From: Myxococcota bacterium
GTDB taxonomy: Bacteria > Myxococcota_A > UBA9160 > JAFDDA01
DNA: 64,000 bases
Assembly (NCBI GenBank): GCA_965228475.1
Contig: OZ245817.1
Coordinates: 320,001-384,000 of the forward strand
Direction of reading: 5' to 3'
Below the pieces are notes generated by a model. The model did no database searches and was not told the DNA's origin. It saw only the letters and a program-made list of their open reading frames with translations. Numbering within the stretch: position 1 is the stretch's first letter; each line of letters begins with the position of its first letter. Positions 9,778 to 20,200 of the stretch are shown here, piece after piece. Both the position numbers and the translations under genes were made by a program.

Positions 9778-10521
9778 TCACCAGGGCCGCAGCGTGAAGC
9801 GCTTGTTGTCCTTCACCTTCTCGCCGGGCTCGGCGTTCACGACCTTCACCCACTGCTCGGACCATTCCCGGATCGATTTCTGCACCTCGCCGAAGGCCGT
9901 CGCCCGGGCCACGTTGATGGGTGCGAACTTGCCGCCCTCGCGGTCGGCGAACAGGGCGATCACCTCTCCGGTCTGGGCGTCCTTCATCCGCCCCTCGATG
10001 GCCACGCCGCCCTTGGCGCCCTCCTTGGCGAGAATCGCGACGCCGAAGGGCGCGGAGAGGATCGTCGCCGCGAGGCCGATCGCCCCGAGCGATTTCTTGT
10101 TCGGTTCGACGTCGACGATCGCGAGCTCGAAGATCACCGAGCCCGCCTGGGGTGAATCGAGCACGGCGAAGCGCCGTTCGTCGTCTTCCCGGAAGGCGTC
10201 CTGGAACTCCTCGCGCGTGAAGTCCGCGAGCTCCTGGAGATCCTCCGCGAGCTCGGCCGTCTTGCCCTTCTCGTGAGCCTTGCGCCACCAGCTCGTCTGC
10301 TTCACGAGCCGCGTGTCCACCGGCGCGATCACGATCGAAGTCCGCTCGGGCCCGTTCCAGCCGGGCGCGAACCAGGCCTTCTTGAAGGGGACCTTCTTCT
10401 GCTTCGTCATCTGCGAGGACTCGGAGAAGGCGCTCGGCGGATCCTCGGCGTGAACCCCACCCGGGAGCGCGACGAGGGAGACGACGAGGGCTCCGAGGAC
10501 CGGCCAGTGGAAGCGGCGCAT
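9778..10521 (-). CDS. DUF3313-like exported protein
   Basis: Signal peptide; IVIAPV, ELAIVDV, IEGRMKDAQTGEVIALFADR pattern. Confidence 0.6.
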   Translation of the reverse strand: MRRFHWPVLGALVVSLVALPGGVHAEDPPSAFSESSQMTKQKKVPFKKAWFAPGWNGPERTSIVIAPVDTRLVKQTSWWRKAHEKGKTAELAEDLQELADFTREEFQDAFREDDERRFAVLDSPQAGSVIFELAIVDVEPNKKSLGAIGLAATILSAPFGVAILAKEGAKGGVAIEGRMKDAQTGEVIALFADREGGKFAPINVARATAFGEVQKSIREWSEQWVKVVNAEPGEKVKDNKRFTLRPW

Positions 10522-10657
10522 GGGGTTCCTCCTCGGGAAGGGGACCCGGCAAGAGTAGAGCCGATCGCCCGTTCGTGCAGGAGAAGTCCGCCGCGGACCC
10601 GGACGGGTGGCACGAGGCGTTTGGCTTCCCGCCCCCGCCTCTGAGAGAATCCCCGTG

Positions 10658-12316
10658 ATGCTGTGGTGGATGGTTCTGCTCCTGTTCCTCTCGAGCGGAG
10701 ATTGCAGTGGACCCTCGGGGTCGGGTGCTCCCGACCGGGTCGTCTGCGAAGTGCTCGAACCCCTCGCGGAAGACGCCTGCACCGTCGTGCCGGGCGGGGA
10801 CGGCCTGCTGGTGCGGGGCGACGTCTTCGGCGTCGATGCGCTCTACGTCGGGGGCCAGCTCTGGGTCGACGGGTCCGGCGTGATCGGCTGTGTCGGCTGT
10901 GACTGTGCGGAGCAGGCCTCCGGGGCAACGGAGCTCGTCTGCCCCGAGGCGGCCGTTTCGCCCGGCTTGATCAATCTCCACGAGCATCTGAGCTTCCAGA
11001 CGCCGCCCGTCCCCGATTCCGGCGAGCGCTACGAACACCGCCACGACTGGCGCATCGGGGCGAACGGGCATACGGCGATCTCCGTTTCGGGGCAGGCGAG
11101 CCTCGCCGAGCAGCAGTGGGGCGAGCTGCGACATCTCCTGGCGGGAACCACGTCGATCGTCGGGGCGTCGACGGTCCCAGGGTTGCTGCGCAATCTCGAT
11201 GGCAGCGGTCAGGAAGGGCTCGATCAACCGGTGATCTTCCGGGAGACCTTCCCGCTCGGGGACGCCGCGGGGCAGCAGCTCGCCTCGGGTTGCGACTACC
11301 CGTCGATCCAGACCGCGTTCCTCGTTTCCTTCTTCGAGGCCTACGTTCCGCACCTCGGCGAAGGCATCGACGCGAACGCCCGGAACGAGTTTCTCTGCAC
11401 CCGGGAGACCGTCGGCGGCGGGCAGGACCTGCTCGAGTCGCAAAGCGCCTACGTCCACGCCACGGGGCTCGAGGCTGCGGACTACGCCGAGATGGCGGCC
11501 GAGGGGACATCGCTGGTCTGGTCGCCGCGCTCGAACGTTCGTCTCTACGGAGACACCGCGTCCGTGGCGCTTGCAGATCGGCTCGGCGTGAACGTCGCGC
11601 TCGGAACCGATTGGCTCGCGACCGGCTCGATGAACCTCCAGCGCGAGCTGCGCTGTGCTTCGGAGTGGAACCGGCAGCGGCTGGATCGGCACTTCGGCGA
11701 GTACGAACTATGGAAGATGGTGACGGCGAACGCTGCCGAGGCGGTGGCCGTGGACGACGCGATCGGTTCCCTGGCCCCCGGGCTCGTGGCGGACGTCGCG
11801 ATCTTCGACGGCGCGGGCCGGCGCGGATACCGTGCCGCCGTTTCGGCCGGGCCCGAACGCGTCTTGCTCGTGCTGCGCGGCGGGGAACCACTCTACGGTG
11901 AGGCCTCACTGCTCGCGGCCCTCTCGCCGGAGTCGTGCGACAGCCTTGCGGTCTGCGGCGCGGAGAAGGCGTTGTGCATCGCCGACGAGCTCGGCATGAG
12001 CCTGGCGGAGCTGGATGCCGCCGTCGGCGACGCGTACCCGCTCTTCTACTGCGGGACACCGGATGACGAGCCGACCTGCCACCCCGAGCGCGCCCATTCG
12101 GTCTCCGGCTCGACGCCATACACCGGAGAGCTTCGTTGGTTCGACTCCGACGGCGATGGCCTCGAGAACGACGAAGACCTGTGCCCCCGCGCTTTCGACC
12201 CGGTACGCCCCCTCGACGCAGGGGAACAGGCCGATGCGGATGGGGACGGTCTCGGCGACGTCTGTGACCCCGAGCCGCTGGGCGGAGCGGCGGAGGCCGA
12301 CACCGGGGTCTCCTAG
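10658..12316 (+). CDS. Exported amidohydrolase with C-terminal thrombospondin type 3 (Ca-binding) repeats
   Basis: PGLINLHEH, PHLGEG, YVH, ALGTDW, GSLAPGLVADVAIF; DSDGDGL..D.DLCP and DADGDGLGDVCDP; start approximate. Confidence 0.8.
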   Translation: MLWWMVLLLFLSSGDCSGPSGSGAPDRVVCEVLEPLAEDACTVVPGGDGLLVRGDVFGVDALYVGGQLWVDGSGVIGCVGCDCAEQASGATELVCPEAAVSPGLINLHEHLSFQTPPVPDSGERYEHRHDWRIGANGHTAISVSGQASLAEQQWGELRHLLAGTTSIVGASTVPGLLRNLDGSGQEGLDQPVIFRETFPLGDAAGQQLASGCDYPSIQTAFLVSFFEAYVPHLGEGIDANARNEFLCTRETVGGGQDLLESQSAYVHATGLEAADYAEMAAEGTSLVWSPRSNVRLYGDTASVALADRLGVNVALGTDWLATGSMNLQRELRCASEWNRQRLDRHFGEYELWKMVTANAAEAVAVDDAIGSLAPGLVADVAIFDGAGRRGYRAAVSAGPERVLLVLRGGEPLYGEASLLAALSPESCDSLAVCGAEKALCIADELGMSLAELDAAVGDAYPLFYCGTPDDEPTCHPERAHSVSGSTPYTGELRWFDSDGDGLENDEDLCPRAFDPVRPLDAGEQADADGDGLGDVCDPEPLGGAAEADTGVS

Positions 12317-13284
12317 AGATCGTCCGCGAAGACGACCCCGTCGAAGGCCTCCGCCGGGAAGGGGAGGTCGAGGCGGCCGCGGCGCGGGTGGTGTTCGGCG
12401 TAGGGGTTCGGGCGCTTCGGAAAGCGCGTCGGGTAGTAGTTCGACTCGATGATGGCGCGACCGGCGCGCACCCCGAGGGGCTCGATGCGCGCGAGCTCCT
12501 CGCGGACCGAGGCCGTGCGGCAGCCCTCCACGAGCTCGCGGACGGCGGCCTCCGAGTAGACCGAAGGCTCGAAGGTCTCGTCCGGTTCGTTGCCACGCGC
12601 CGGTTCCGGCAGAGCCCCCGCCCGCCACAGGCTCGCTTCGCCGCCGTGGGGGAACGGGTCGACGGGCTCGCCGTTCAGCCAGGTGTTGAAGTGGACGTGG
12701 GGCACGCCGAACGGGAAGGTCACGAGCGAGTCGAGCCCGCTGTAGCCGGAGATGGCGATGGGCTCGCCGCGGGCCACGCGCTGCCCCACCCGGACGAGCG
12801 GGCGGGCCAGGTGGGCGCAGTTCGTCATCAGGCCCTCGCCGTGGTCGAGGAAGATCTTCAGCCCTCCCCGGTTGAACTCGCTCACCACGCGGACGACCTC
12901 GCCGGGTGCCGCCGCCAGGACCGTCGTGCCGACCGGGATCGAGAAGTCGGTTCCGTTGTGGCTGTCGTAGGTCAGCTCGCGCCCGCGGAAGTCTTCGATC
13001 TGGGTCTTCTCGACGGACCAGCCGAGTTCGATCGGCGTCTGCCGATGGTTGAAGAGGTTGGTCACGATCGCCCGGCGCGGGACGACGAACCGTCCGCGCC
13101 AGAGCGGCACGGCCATCCGGGGCCGGAGCTGTCGCAGGCTCGAGAGTCCGAACTTCGTCGGCGGGACGTCTTCCTGGCCGCGCAGGGCGATCAGGGTCTG
13201 GGCCAGGCGCTCGCGGAAGGGGTGGAGGCCCATGGCCTCGCGGAAGAGGCGGAGCTTCGGGGCGGTCTCGGGGGATGCGGTCAT
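12313..13284 (-). CDS. M23 family metallopeptidase
   Basis: HNGTD (HxxxD), VLAAAPG, AHL, PHVHF (HxH). Confidence 0.85.
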   Translation of the reverse strand: MTASPETAPKLRLFREAMGLHPFRERLAQTLIALRGQEDVPPTKFGLSSLRQLRPRMAVPLWRGRFVVPRRAIVTNLFNHRQTPIELGWSVEKTQIEDFRGRELTYDSHNGTDFSIPVGTTVLAAAPGEVVRVVSEFNRGGLKIFLDHGEGLMTNCAHLARPLVRVGQRVARGEPIAISGYSGLDSLVTFPFGVPHVHFNTWLNGEPVDPFPHGGEASLWRAGALPEPARGNEPDETFEPSVYSEAAVRELVEGCRTASVREELARIEPLGVRAGRAIIESNYYPTRFPKRPNPYAEHHPRRGRLDLPFPAEAFDGVVFADDL

Positions 13285-13468
13285 GGGGCGATCCTAGCGC
13301 CGGGTCCTCGCAGGACGGAGCCGGGCGTTCCAGGCTCCCCGCGGGGGCCTCTCGGGCCTCGGTTCCGGTTTCTGCTTCCGGACCGCCGGGCTGACGTGGT
13401 AGTCTCCCCGCGCTGCCTTGGGAAGGGCTCGCCGAGGTCTTCCCGTGTCAAGCTCCCGCTCCCATCGC

Positions 13469-14254
13469 ATGCCGATCCTGGCGGCCTTCGCCGTCTCGCT
13501 GCTCGTTTTCGGTGCCGCCCCCGCGCAGGCCCTGACGTCCGCCGCGCAGACCTTCGACCTGACCTTCACCCTCGAGGACATCCGCTACGCGGACACCGGC
13601 CAGAGCGTCGATCCCTTCATCCTGGAAGACATCTTCATCGACGGCTTCTTCTTCGACGGCCCCTCGTCGTCCATGGAGACCGGCACCGGCAGCGTCGCTT
13701 CCACGACCACGCCGTCCTACAGCGGCGGCCCCTTCGACATGTTCGACAGCTTCGAGGGCATGGCCATCGGCGATTCGGTGAACACGGTGCAGATGCAGAC
13801 CGCGACGGTGACGAGCCTCGGCGAGGCCCAGCTGTTCGAAGACTTCATGTGGTCCTTCGGGATCAGCAGCGACGCCGGCGAGGACCTCTTCTTCGATTGG
13901 AGCTGGAGCTACACGCGCGACATCACGCTGGTCGAGGAAGGCGACTTCGACGACGCCACGGCCTTCCTCGGAGACGACCTCGTCTTCTTCCTGGACGACA
14001 ACGGCGACGAGGTCCTGGCGGAAGGATTCCTCGGAACGGACATCCTGAACTTCGGCACGCTTCCGCCGGGCGACGATCTCATGTTCACGGACTCCGGCTC
14101 CTTCACGGCCTTCCTCGACAGCAACGTCGGGAACTACCTCAGTGGCGACTTCTCCTGGAACCTCGGCGTCCGCGCCGTCGCGGAGGTCCCGGAGCCCCAC
14201 GCCGCGCTCCTGCTGCTCGGAGGGATCGCCGCCGCGCTCCGCCGGAGGCGCTAG
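13469..14254 (+). CDS. PEP-CTERM sorting domain protein (very acidic)
   Basis: Signal peptide ending AQA; VPEPHAALLLLGGIAAALRRRR; start could be up to about 50 nt upstream. Confidence 0.8.
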   Translation: MPILAAFAVSLLVFGAAPAQALTSAAQTFDLTFTLEDIRYADTGQSVDPFILEDIFIDGFFFDGPSSSMETGTGSVASTTTPSYSGGPFDMFDSFEGMAIGDSVNTVQMQTATVTSLGEAQLFEDFMWSFGISSDAGEDLFFDWSWSYTRDITLVEEGDFDDATAFLGDDLVFFLDDNGDEVLAEGFLGTDILNFGTLPPGDDLMFTDSGSFTAFLDSNVGNYLSGDFSWNLGVRAVAEVPEPHAALLLLGGIAAALRRRR

Positions 14255-14286
14255 GCGCCGCGCGCTTTCCGTGCGAGGATCACGCC

Positions 14287-15045
14287 ATGCGTAGGAGCGT
14301 CCGTCTCGTCCTGGTGTGGCTCTTCGCCGCGGCCCCTGCGTCGGCGGCACCGATCGTCAACGGAGATTTCGAGACCGGTGACTTCTCGCCCTGGGTCCTG
14401 ACCGATTCGGGCGCCGTCGCCACCGCGAGCCTGTTCACGCCGTCCATCGCGCCCGCGGGAGGCGCGTACATGGGATACATCACGACCGGCCGGAACGAGC
14501 TGCCCTCGAACCTCTCGTTCCAGGATCTCGACGGGGACGGCTCTCCCGAGCGCGAGTACTCCTCGCTGGCGATCGACGTGACCACCGCGGGGCCCGCCGT
14601 GGTCGGCTTCGACCTGAACTTCCTGACCGCCGAGATCCAGCCGGGTGGCTCGCCGGACCTGCTCGGCGTCGCGCTCGGCGCCGTCGACGACCCGAGCCTC
14701 TACGCGCTGCTCTTCGCCGTCACCCAGGGCCCCTACACCGGCACGGCGACGCCTCTCACCGCGGCGGACTTCACCGCCGAGTTCATCCAGGACGCCGCCT
14801 TCGGCGTTCCGACCCTCGCAGACCAGAGCGTCTTCAACGGCCAGACCGGCTTCGCCCACTACGAGATCGCTCTCGCCGCGGGGAGCCACACCCTGACCTT
14901 CTTCGTCGCCGACAGCCATACGGACGGGGAAGCCACCGCCATGCTGATCGACAACGTCACGCTGAGCGAGGTGCCCGAGCCGACGGGCCTCCTCGGGTGG
15001 GTCTGCGCCCTGTTCGCCTCGGCACGTCTCCGCCGCCCCAGCTAG
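14287..15045 (+). CDS. PEP-CTERM sorting domain protein
   Basis: Signal peptide, IVNGDFETGDF..W, IDNV, VPEPTGLLGW...RLRR. Confidence 0.85.
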   Translation: MRRSVRLVLVWLFAAAPASAAPIVNGDFETGDFSPWVLTDSGAVATASLFTPSIAPAGGAYMGYITTGRNELPSNLSFQDLDGDGSPEREYSSLAIDVTTAGPAVVGFDLNFLTAEIQPGGSPDLLGVALGAVDDPSLYALLFAVTQGPYTGTATPLTAADFTAEFIQDAAFGVPTLADQSVFNGQTGFAHYEIALAAGSHTLTFFVADSHTDGEATAMLIDNVTLSEVPEPTGLLGWVCALFASARLRRPS

Positions 15046-15130
15046 CGGCCTGCGCCCGCGCGAGATCCGGGGCCCGGACTTTTGCTATACGAGCCCGGGT
15101 TCCACCGATCTCCCATGAGAGGGGACAGCG

Positions 15131-15772
15131 ATGCGCTCCCTACCGAAACTCTTCGAGAACAACCGCGCCTGGGCCGAGTCCGTCGAGCGCGAAGACCCGC
15201 ACTTCTTCGAGGAGCTGGCGAGGGAACAGCACCCCGAGTGCCTGTGGATCGGTTGCTCGGACAGCCGGGTGCCGCCGAACCAGGTCGTGGGGCTGAAGCC
15301 CGGAGAGGCCTTCGTCCACCGCAACGTGGCGAACATCGTCGCCCATGCGGATCTGAACGGTCTCTCCGTGATGCAGTTCGCCGTCGAGGTGCTGAAGGTC
15401 AAGCACGTGATCGTGTGCGGGCACTACGGGTGCGGCGGCGTCGGCGCGGTGCTCAAGGGAGAGCGCCACGGCCTCGTCGACGAATGGCTCGGCCACGTGC
15501 ACTCGGTCCTGGCGAAGCACGAGGCCCAGCTCGCGAGCGCGGGAGACACCGCGAAGCGCCACCAGCGGCTGTGCGAGCTCAACGTGGTCGAGCAGGTCGT
15601 GAACGCGAGCAAGACCACCGTCGTGCGCGACGCGTGGAGCCGCGGGCAGCCGCTGACCCTCCACGGCTGGATCTACGGCCTGAGTGACGGGCGGCTCCGG
15701 GACCTCTCGGTCACGTCGGACGACGCGGAGCAGCTGGCCGAGCTCTACGCGGAGGCGGTCCAGCCGCGCTGA
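15131..15772 (+). CDS. can: Beta-class carbonic anhydrase
   Basis: WIGCSDSRVP, FVHRNVAN, CGHYGCGGV, LCELNV, HGWIY. Confidence 0.95.
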   Translation: MRSLPKLFENNRAWAESVEREDPHFFEELAREQHPECLWIGCSDSRVPPNQVVGLKPGEAFVHRNVANIVAHADLNGLSVMQFAVEVLKVKHVIVCGHYGCGGVGAVLKGERHGLVDEWLGHVHSVLAKHEAQLASAGDTAKRHQRLCELNVVEQVVNASKTTVVRDAWSRGQPLTLHGWIYGLSDGRLRDLSVTSDDAEQLAELYAEAVQPR

Positions 15773-15847
15773 CCCGCGGGGATCGGATTCTCCAGGCGAA
15801 AAAACGACGCACGCGGGTGTAGAATGCTCCGATCTGCGGAGGTTCTC

Positions 15848-17416
15848 ATGGGTGCTCGCAAGCCGATTCTCTTCGTCTCGATCGTCGTCTTCTCTGCCGG
15901 GCTGCTCGGCTCGTCCTGCCAGCACGTGATCCCGCCTCGCCACGACGAGGCCCCGCTGCGTGCGGCCGCGTGCGCGGTCGACATCACCCCCGTCGTCGGC
16001 GAGAACCACACCGATCCGATCTACATGGCGGGCTTCGGGAACGACCGGCACGCCACCTCCGTGAACGATCCGATCTGGGCGCGCGGCGTCGTGCTCGAAT
16101 CCGGTGACACGAAGATCGCGATGGTCACGCTCGACCTGGTCGGGTACTTCAACAACGAGGTCCAGACGATCCGCAGCCTCGTCGACCCGGCGCGCGGCTT
16201 CGACTACGTCATGGTCTCGAGCACCCACAACCACGAGGGCCCGGACACGATGGGCCTGTGGGGCCCCGACGAAACCACCACCGGCGTCGACGAGGGCTAC
16301 CTCGACTTCGTGAACGACGCCGTCGTCCAGTGCGTCGAGGAGGCGGACGATGCGCTCGTGCCGGCGGCGGTGAAGTTCGCCACCGGCGATACGAACGGGA
16401 CGTCCCTCGGTGAGTGGCCCGACCTGGTCGCCGACGGCAAGATCCTCGAAGCGCAGACCATCGACCTCTCCTTCTTCGGGCTGGGCGTGTTCGACATCGA
16501 AGGGGACGACGGCCCGATCCTGAACACCTCGCTGCCCGTGATGCAGCTCCGCCGCTGGGTCTCTCCGCAGGACCGCTTCCGCGCGCTCCTGCGCTGGCTC
16601 TTCTGGCGGGGCCCCTTCCCGGATCTGCGGCCGCTGCGCGAGACGATCGCCACCGTGGTCAACTACGCGAGCCACCCGGAGGCGCTCGGCAGCGGGAATA
16701 CGGCCATCACCTCGGACTTCCCGCACTACATGCGGGAGAAGCTCGAGGCCAAGTACGGCGGAGTGGCGATCTACGTGAGCGCGGACCTCGGCGTTCTGCA
16801 GGGCCCGCTCGACGTCGACGTGCCGGATGCCGAGACCGGCGACCCGGTGCCGCGCCGCACCTTCGAGTTCGCCGAGCGCATGGGAGAGATCCTGGCCGGG
16901 CGCGTGGCCGACGCCCTCGAGACCCACTTCTTCTGGCGCGCCGCGGCGCCCATCGACGTGGCGACCGACGCGTTCTTCCTCGAGGTCGAGAACCCCTACT
17001 TCGCGGTGCTCGGCGGCGAACTCGGCATCTTCGGCCGGCGGGAGCTGATCGAGGTGGACGGCATCCCGGTGGTCGAGACCGAGGTCGGCGTCGTCCGCGT
17101 CGGAGAGGCGAGCTTCGTGGTGACGCCGAACGAGGTCGACCCCCAGATCGCGAACCTCTACCGGGAGCAGCTCGGCGACGGGCCGCGCTTCACCGTGGGG
17201 CTCGGCAACGACGAGATCGGCTACCAGATGCCCGAGGCGAAGTACAACCCGACCTGCTTCGCCTGCGTCGTCTTCGTCCTGACCGGAAACGCGAACCTCT
17301 GCCCGGCCGCGGCGACCCTCGATTGCGGAACGACCATGCAGAACAATCTCGGACCGGCGGCGGACCCCGAGCTGCAGAGTCGGATCGGTGCGCTGATCGA
17401 CGCCACCGCGCCGTAG
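15848..17416 (+). CDS. Neutral/alkaline ceramidase-like lipoprotein
   Basis: Lipobox-like LGSSC; YMAGFG, DPIWAR, STHNHEGPDT.GLWG, ASHPE, GLGNDEIGY. Confidence 0.7.
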   Translation: MGARKPILFVSIVVFSAGLLGSSCQHVIPPRHDEAPLRAAACAVDITPVVGENHTDPIYMAGFGNDRHATSVNDPIWARGVVLESGDTKIAMVTLDLVGYFNNEVQTIRSLVDPARGFDYVMVSSTHNHEGPDTMGLWGPDETTTGVDEGYLDFVNDAVVQCVEEADDALVPAAVKFATGDTNGTSLGEWPDLVADGKILEAQTIDLSFFGLGVFDIEGDDGPILNTSLPVMQLRRWVSPQDRFRALLRWLFWRGPFPDLRPLRETIATVVNYASHPEALGSGNTAITSDFPHYMREKLEAKYGGVAIYVSADLGVLQGPLDVDVPDAETGDPVPRRTFEFAERMGEILAGRVADALETHFFWRAAAPIDVATDAFFLEVENPYFAVLGGELGIFGRRELIEVDGIPVVETEVGVVRVGEASFVVTPNEVDPQIANLYREQLGDGPRFTVGLGNDEIGYQMPEAKYNPTCFACVVFVLTGNANLCPAAATLDCGTTMQNNLGPAADPELQSRIGALIDATAP

Positions 17417-17429
17417 GTCACGCCGGGCG

Positions 17430-18512
17430 TTGCTTCGCTTCCTCGTCTTCGGGCTGTGGCTCGCCTCGGCGCCGGCCGCGCTCGGGCACGTCGTGCTGTC
17501 CCGTGCCTCGCTGCGGCAGTACGTCCAGCACTCGGACGCTTGCATCCATGCCGCCTTCGAAACGGGGCCCGAGGTCTTCGAGGGCGGCGGCGACCGTCAG
17601 GAGTTCTTCCGCGTCGAGGTGCTGGCTCCCCTGTTCGGGCCCTTCGAAGCGGGACAGCGCGTCGAGTTCTTTCCCCATGCCGAGGGCATGCCGGACTTCG
17701 CACGGGGCGACCGCGCCGTCGTATGCCTCGAGCGGACTTCGGAGCGGACGGGGTTCGAGCGGCACACGGAGCGCTTCGCCTGGTTCACGGAGCAGGGGCC
17801 CGGAGACGAGTGGCACGTCGAGGGGGGCACGACGCTCTCGCTCGCGCGCGGCTGGCGGGCATGGGTCGAGGGCGGCGGGCAGGACGCGGAGGGCCTCGTC
17901 GATCTGATCGCCACCGGGCTCGCTTCCGGCAACGCTCGCCTGCAAGGGGACGCCCTCGGCGAGCTGGCCGGCGCGCGCACGATCCGCGGCGTGCTCGACG
18001 ATCCCGGCCACGTCGCGCGTCTCGCCGCTTTCATCGCGGATCCCGGGCTCTCGATCGGGCGCCGAGCCCGCGTGCGACAGATCCTCGAAGGCGCGCCGGG
18101 CTTCGACGATGCGAAGCACACCGAAACCCTGCTCCGGGCCGCGACGGCGCCGGCCGATCGCATCGTGCTCGCCCGCGCCCTGGCCAGCTCGGCGCTTCCC
18201 GGGTTGGCCGAGTGGTACGACGCGCTCTCGAGGGATGTCGACCCGGGCGTCCGCCGCGCGGCGGTCCGCGCCCAGGCGAGCCGTGGCGCCCGCTCCGACC
18301 GGGCTCTTCTCGTGCGTGCCTCTGCGGATCCGGACGATGGCGTCGCGCGGGCCGCCATCGTCGCCCTGGGCGCGCTCGGCGACGCCGCGGCGGCGGTCCG
18401 CCTCTCGGAGTTGGCGAACGGGGACGACCCGCAGCGCGCGCGCTGGGCGGCGGCCGAACTCCGTCGGCTTCGGGCCCGCGAGAGGGCGTCCCTACCTGAC
18501 GAGGGGCCGTGA
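17430..18512 (+). CDS. Exported protein with C-terminal HEAT repeats
   Basis: Signal peptide; D.DPGVRRAAVRA, DPDDGVARAAIVALG. Confidence 0.65.
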   Translation: MLRFLVFGLWLASAPAALGHVVLSRASLRQYVQHSDACIHAAFETGPEVFEGGGDRQEFFRVEVLAPLFGPFEAGQRVEFFPHAEGMPDFARGDRAVVCLERTSERTGFERHTERFAWFTEQGPGDEWHVEGGTTLSLARGWRAWVEGGGQDAEGLVDLIATGLASGNARLQGDALGELAGARTIRGVLDDPGHVARLAAFIADPGLSIGRRARVRQILEGAPGFDDAKHTETLLRAATAPADRIVLARALASSALPGLAEWYDALSRDVDPGVRRAAVRAQASRGARSDRALLVRASADPDDGVARAAIVALGALGDAAAAVRLSELANGDDPQRARWAAAELRRLRARERASLPDEGP

Positions 18513-18583
18513 AGGATCCACCCGACGGCCCATCCTGGGGGATTCCCTGCCGCATTTGCAGGGTTCACCCGACTCATTCCGAG

Positions 18584-18611
18584 TCAAGCCGAAAATCGGT
18601 CCTTCCGATAG
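18584..18611 (+). promoter_or_regulatory. Possible sigma28-like promoter upstream of the pilin cassette
   Basis: TCAAG-N15-TCCGATAG resembles TCAAG-N14-GCCGATAA; spacing is one base off. Confidence 0.25.
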
Positions 18612-18675
18612 CGACTTCGATCACACAGTGTCCGGATCGCGGAGATCCGTTGCGCTTGGGTGGAGGATCAGCCGG

Positions 18676-19170
18676 ATGGAACGCAAGAGTCGGAATCAGG
18701 GTTTCACGATCGTCGAGATGGTGGTCGTCATGGTCATCGTCGGCATTCTCGCTTCGGTCGCGTTGCCGCGCTTCGTGAATCTGCAGAACGATGCCTACTC
18801 GGCCAGCACGGAGTCGACGGGCGGTGCCTTCGCCTCGGCGGTGAACCTCACGCACTCGGCCTGGCTGGTCGCGGGCGGAACCGCCACGGTGAACCAGGTC
18901 ACGCTCGAGGGGGGCCAGACCGTCGGTGTGACCGACGCCGGCTATCCGGAGAACAACACCACCGGTGACAACACGGTGAGCGCCGCGGAGTGCGCGCAGC
19001 TCTGGAACGCGATCCTCACGCCGGGCTCGCCCCAGGCGGCGACCGGTGCCACCGAGGACTACCAGGCGACCTACGCGGATCCGACCTGCACCTTCACGCT
19101 CCGTGCCGCGGCCGGGCGCACCGTCGCCTACGACCACGATACGGGCGCGGTCACGATCACCGTTCCGTAG
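18676..19170 (+). CDS. MSHA-type pilin (MshA/MshB-like)
   Basis: QG|FTIVEMVVVMVIVGILASVALPRF prepilin motif; GYP...C..LW..IL; C-terminal Cys pair. Confidence 0.85.
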   Translation: MERKSRNQGFTIVEMVVVMVIVGILASVALPRFVNLQNDAYSASTESTGGAFASAVNLTHSAWLVAGGTATVNQVTLEGGQTVGVTDAGYPENNTTGDNTVSAAECAQLWNAILTPGSPQAATGATEDYQATYADPTCTFTLRAAAGRTVAYDHDTGAVTITVP

Positions 19171-19217
19171 CGGTCCGCCGGCACGGGAGGGGCTGCGTGG
19201 CACTTCGCCCGCGGGAC

Positions 19218-19718
19218 ATGCGGCATCGCTCCGAGTTCGCACGGACCACGCCACGGGTTCGATCGGGTTTCACCGTGGTCGAGCTGGTCGCGACGCTCGT
19301 CGTGGCGGGCGTCCTCGCTGCGACGGCCCTTCCGCGCTTCGTCCGCGTCCAGGACTTCAGCGAGCGCTTCTTCTACGACGACGTCACTTCGGGCCTCCGC
19401 TACGCCCAGAAGCTCGCCATCGCCACGGGCTGTCCGGTCCAGTTCGACTTCACCGGCGGGGGCTACGCCGTGACCCAGCGGACGGGATGCACCGCCGGCG
19501 CATGGACCCAGCCCGTCCACCATCCTTCGACCGGTACCGTGGGTTTCTCCGAAACGACGCCGACGGGCGTGGCCGTCGCGAGCACCGTCGACCCCTTGAT
19601 CTTCGACGCCCTCGGGCGGGCCGTCGACGGCGTCGGCACGCCCGTCGATGCGAACGTCACCGTCGGGGCGCGGAGCATCGCCGTCGTCGGCAACACCGGC
19701 TACGTGGACGGCGGATGA
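19218..19718 (+). CDS. mshC: MSHA minor pilin MshC-like
   Basis: SG|FTVVELV, LRYAQKLAIA, FDALGR, GYV C-terminus; gene order. Confidence 0.8.
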   Translation: MRHRSEFARTTPRVRSGFTVVELVATLVVAGVLAATALPRFVRVQDFSERFFYDDVTSGLRYAQKLAIATGCPVQFDFTGGGYAVTQRTGCTAGAWTQPVHHPSTGTVGFSETTPTGVAVASTVDPLIFDALGRAVDGVGTPVDANVTVGARSIAVVGNTGYVDGG

Positions 19719-20200
19719 GCGCCCGCCGCGACCCGCAGCGCAGAAGCCGTGGCGTCACCCTGCCGGAGCTCGTGATCTCGATGGTGGTCGTGAGCGTGGC
19801 GCTCTCCGGGACGCTCTCGGTCATGAACTTCACGACGGTCCACAGTGCGGATCCGATGCTCGAGGCCCAGGGCCTCTCCGTGGCCGAGGCCTACCTCGAA
19901 GAGATCCTGCTCCGCTCCTTCGCGGACCCGGACACGGCGGCGGTCTGCGGCGCGGCCGAAGCCAGCCGCAGCCTCTACGACGACGTGTGCGACTACGCCG
20001 GTCTGGTCGACGTCGGGGCCGTCGACCAGGACGGGAACGCCGTCGCCGGGCTCGAGGCCTACACCGTGGCGGTCACCGTCGACACCACGGCAAATCTGAA
20101 CGGCGTCACCGGCTCCGCCAACGTGCTGCGTGTCGACGTCAACGTCACCCATCCGACGGGCCTCGATCTGCGGATCTCGGGCTACCGGACGGCCTACTAG
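19715..20200 (+). CDS. mshD: MSHA minor pilin MshD-like
   Basis: RG|VTLPELVI, SADPM, AEAYLEEIL, YDDVCDY, GYRTAY. Confidence 0.85.
   Translation: MSARRDPQRRSRGVTLPELVISMVVVSVALSGTLSVMNFTTVHSADPMLEAQGLSVAEAYLEEILLRSFADPDTAAVCGAAEASRSLYDDVCDYAGLVDVGAVDQDGNAVAGLEAYTVAVTVDTTANLNGVTGSANVLRVDVNVTHPTGLDLRISGYRTAY

Noticed and set aside
12313..12316. Convergent genes sharing CTAG stop overlaps (also 47514-47517 and 61677-61680)
   Set aside because: Common outcome of TAG usage in compact genomes; no sign of TAG recoding because homology ends at these stops
15131..15772. Carbonic anhydrase as a member of the NhaR/sbtA regulon
   Set aside because: No AAATAG-N18-TCG-N7-CGA box seen upstream and it is about 15 kb away; any link is only functional speculation
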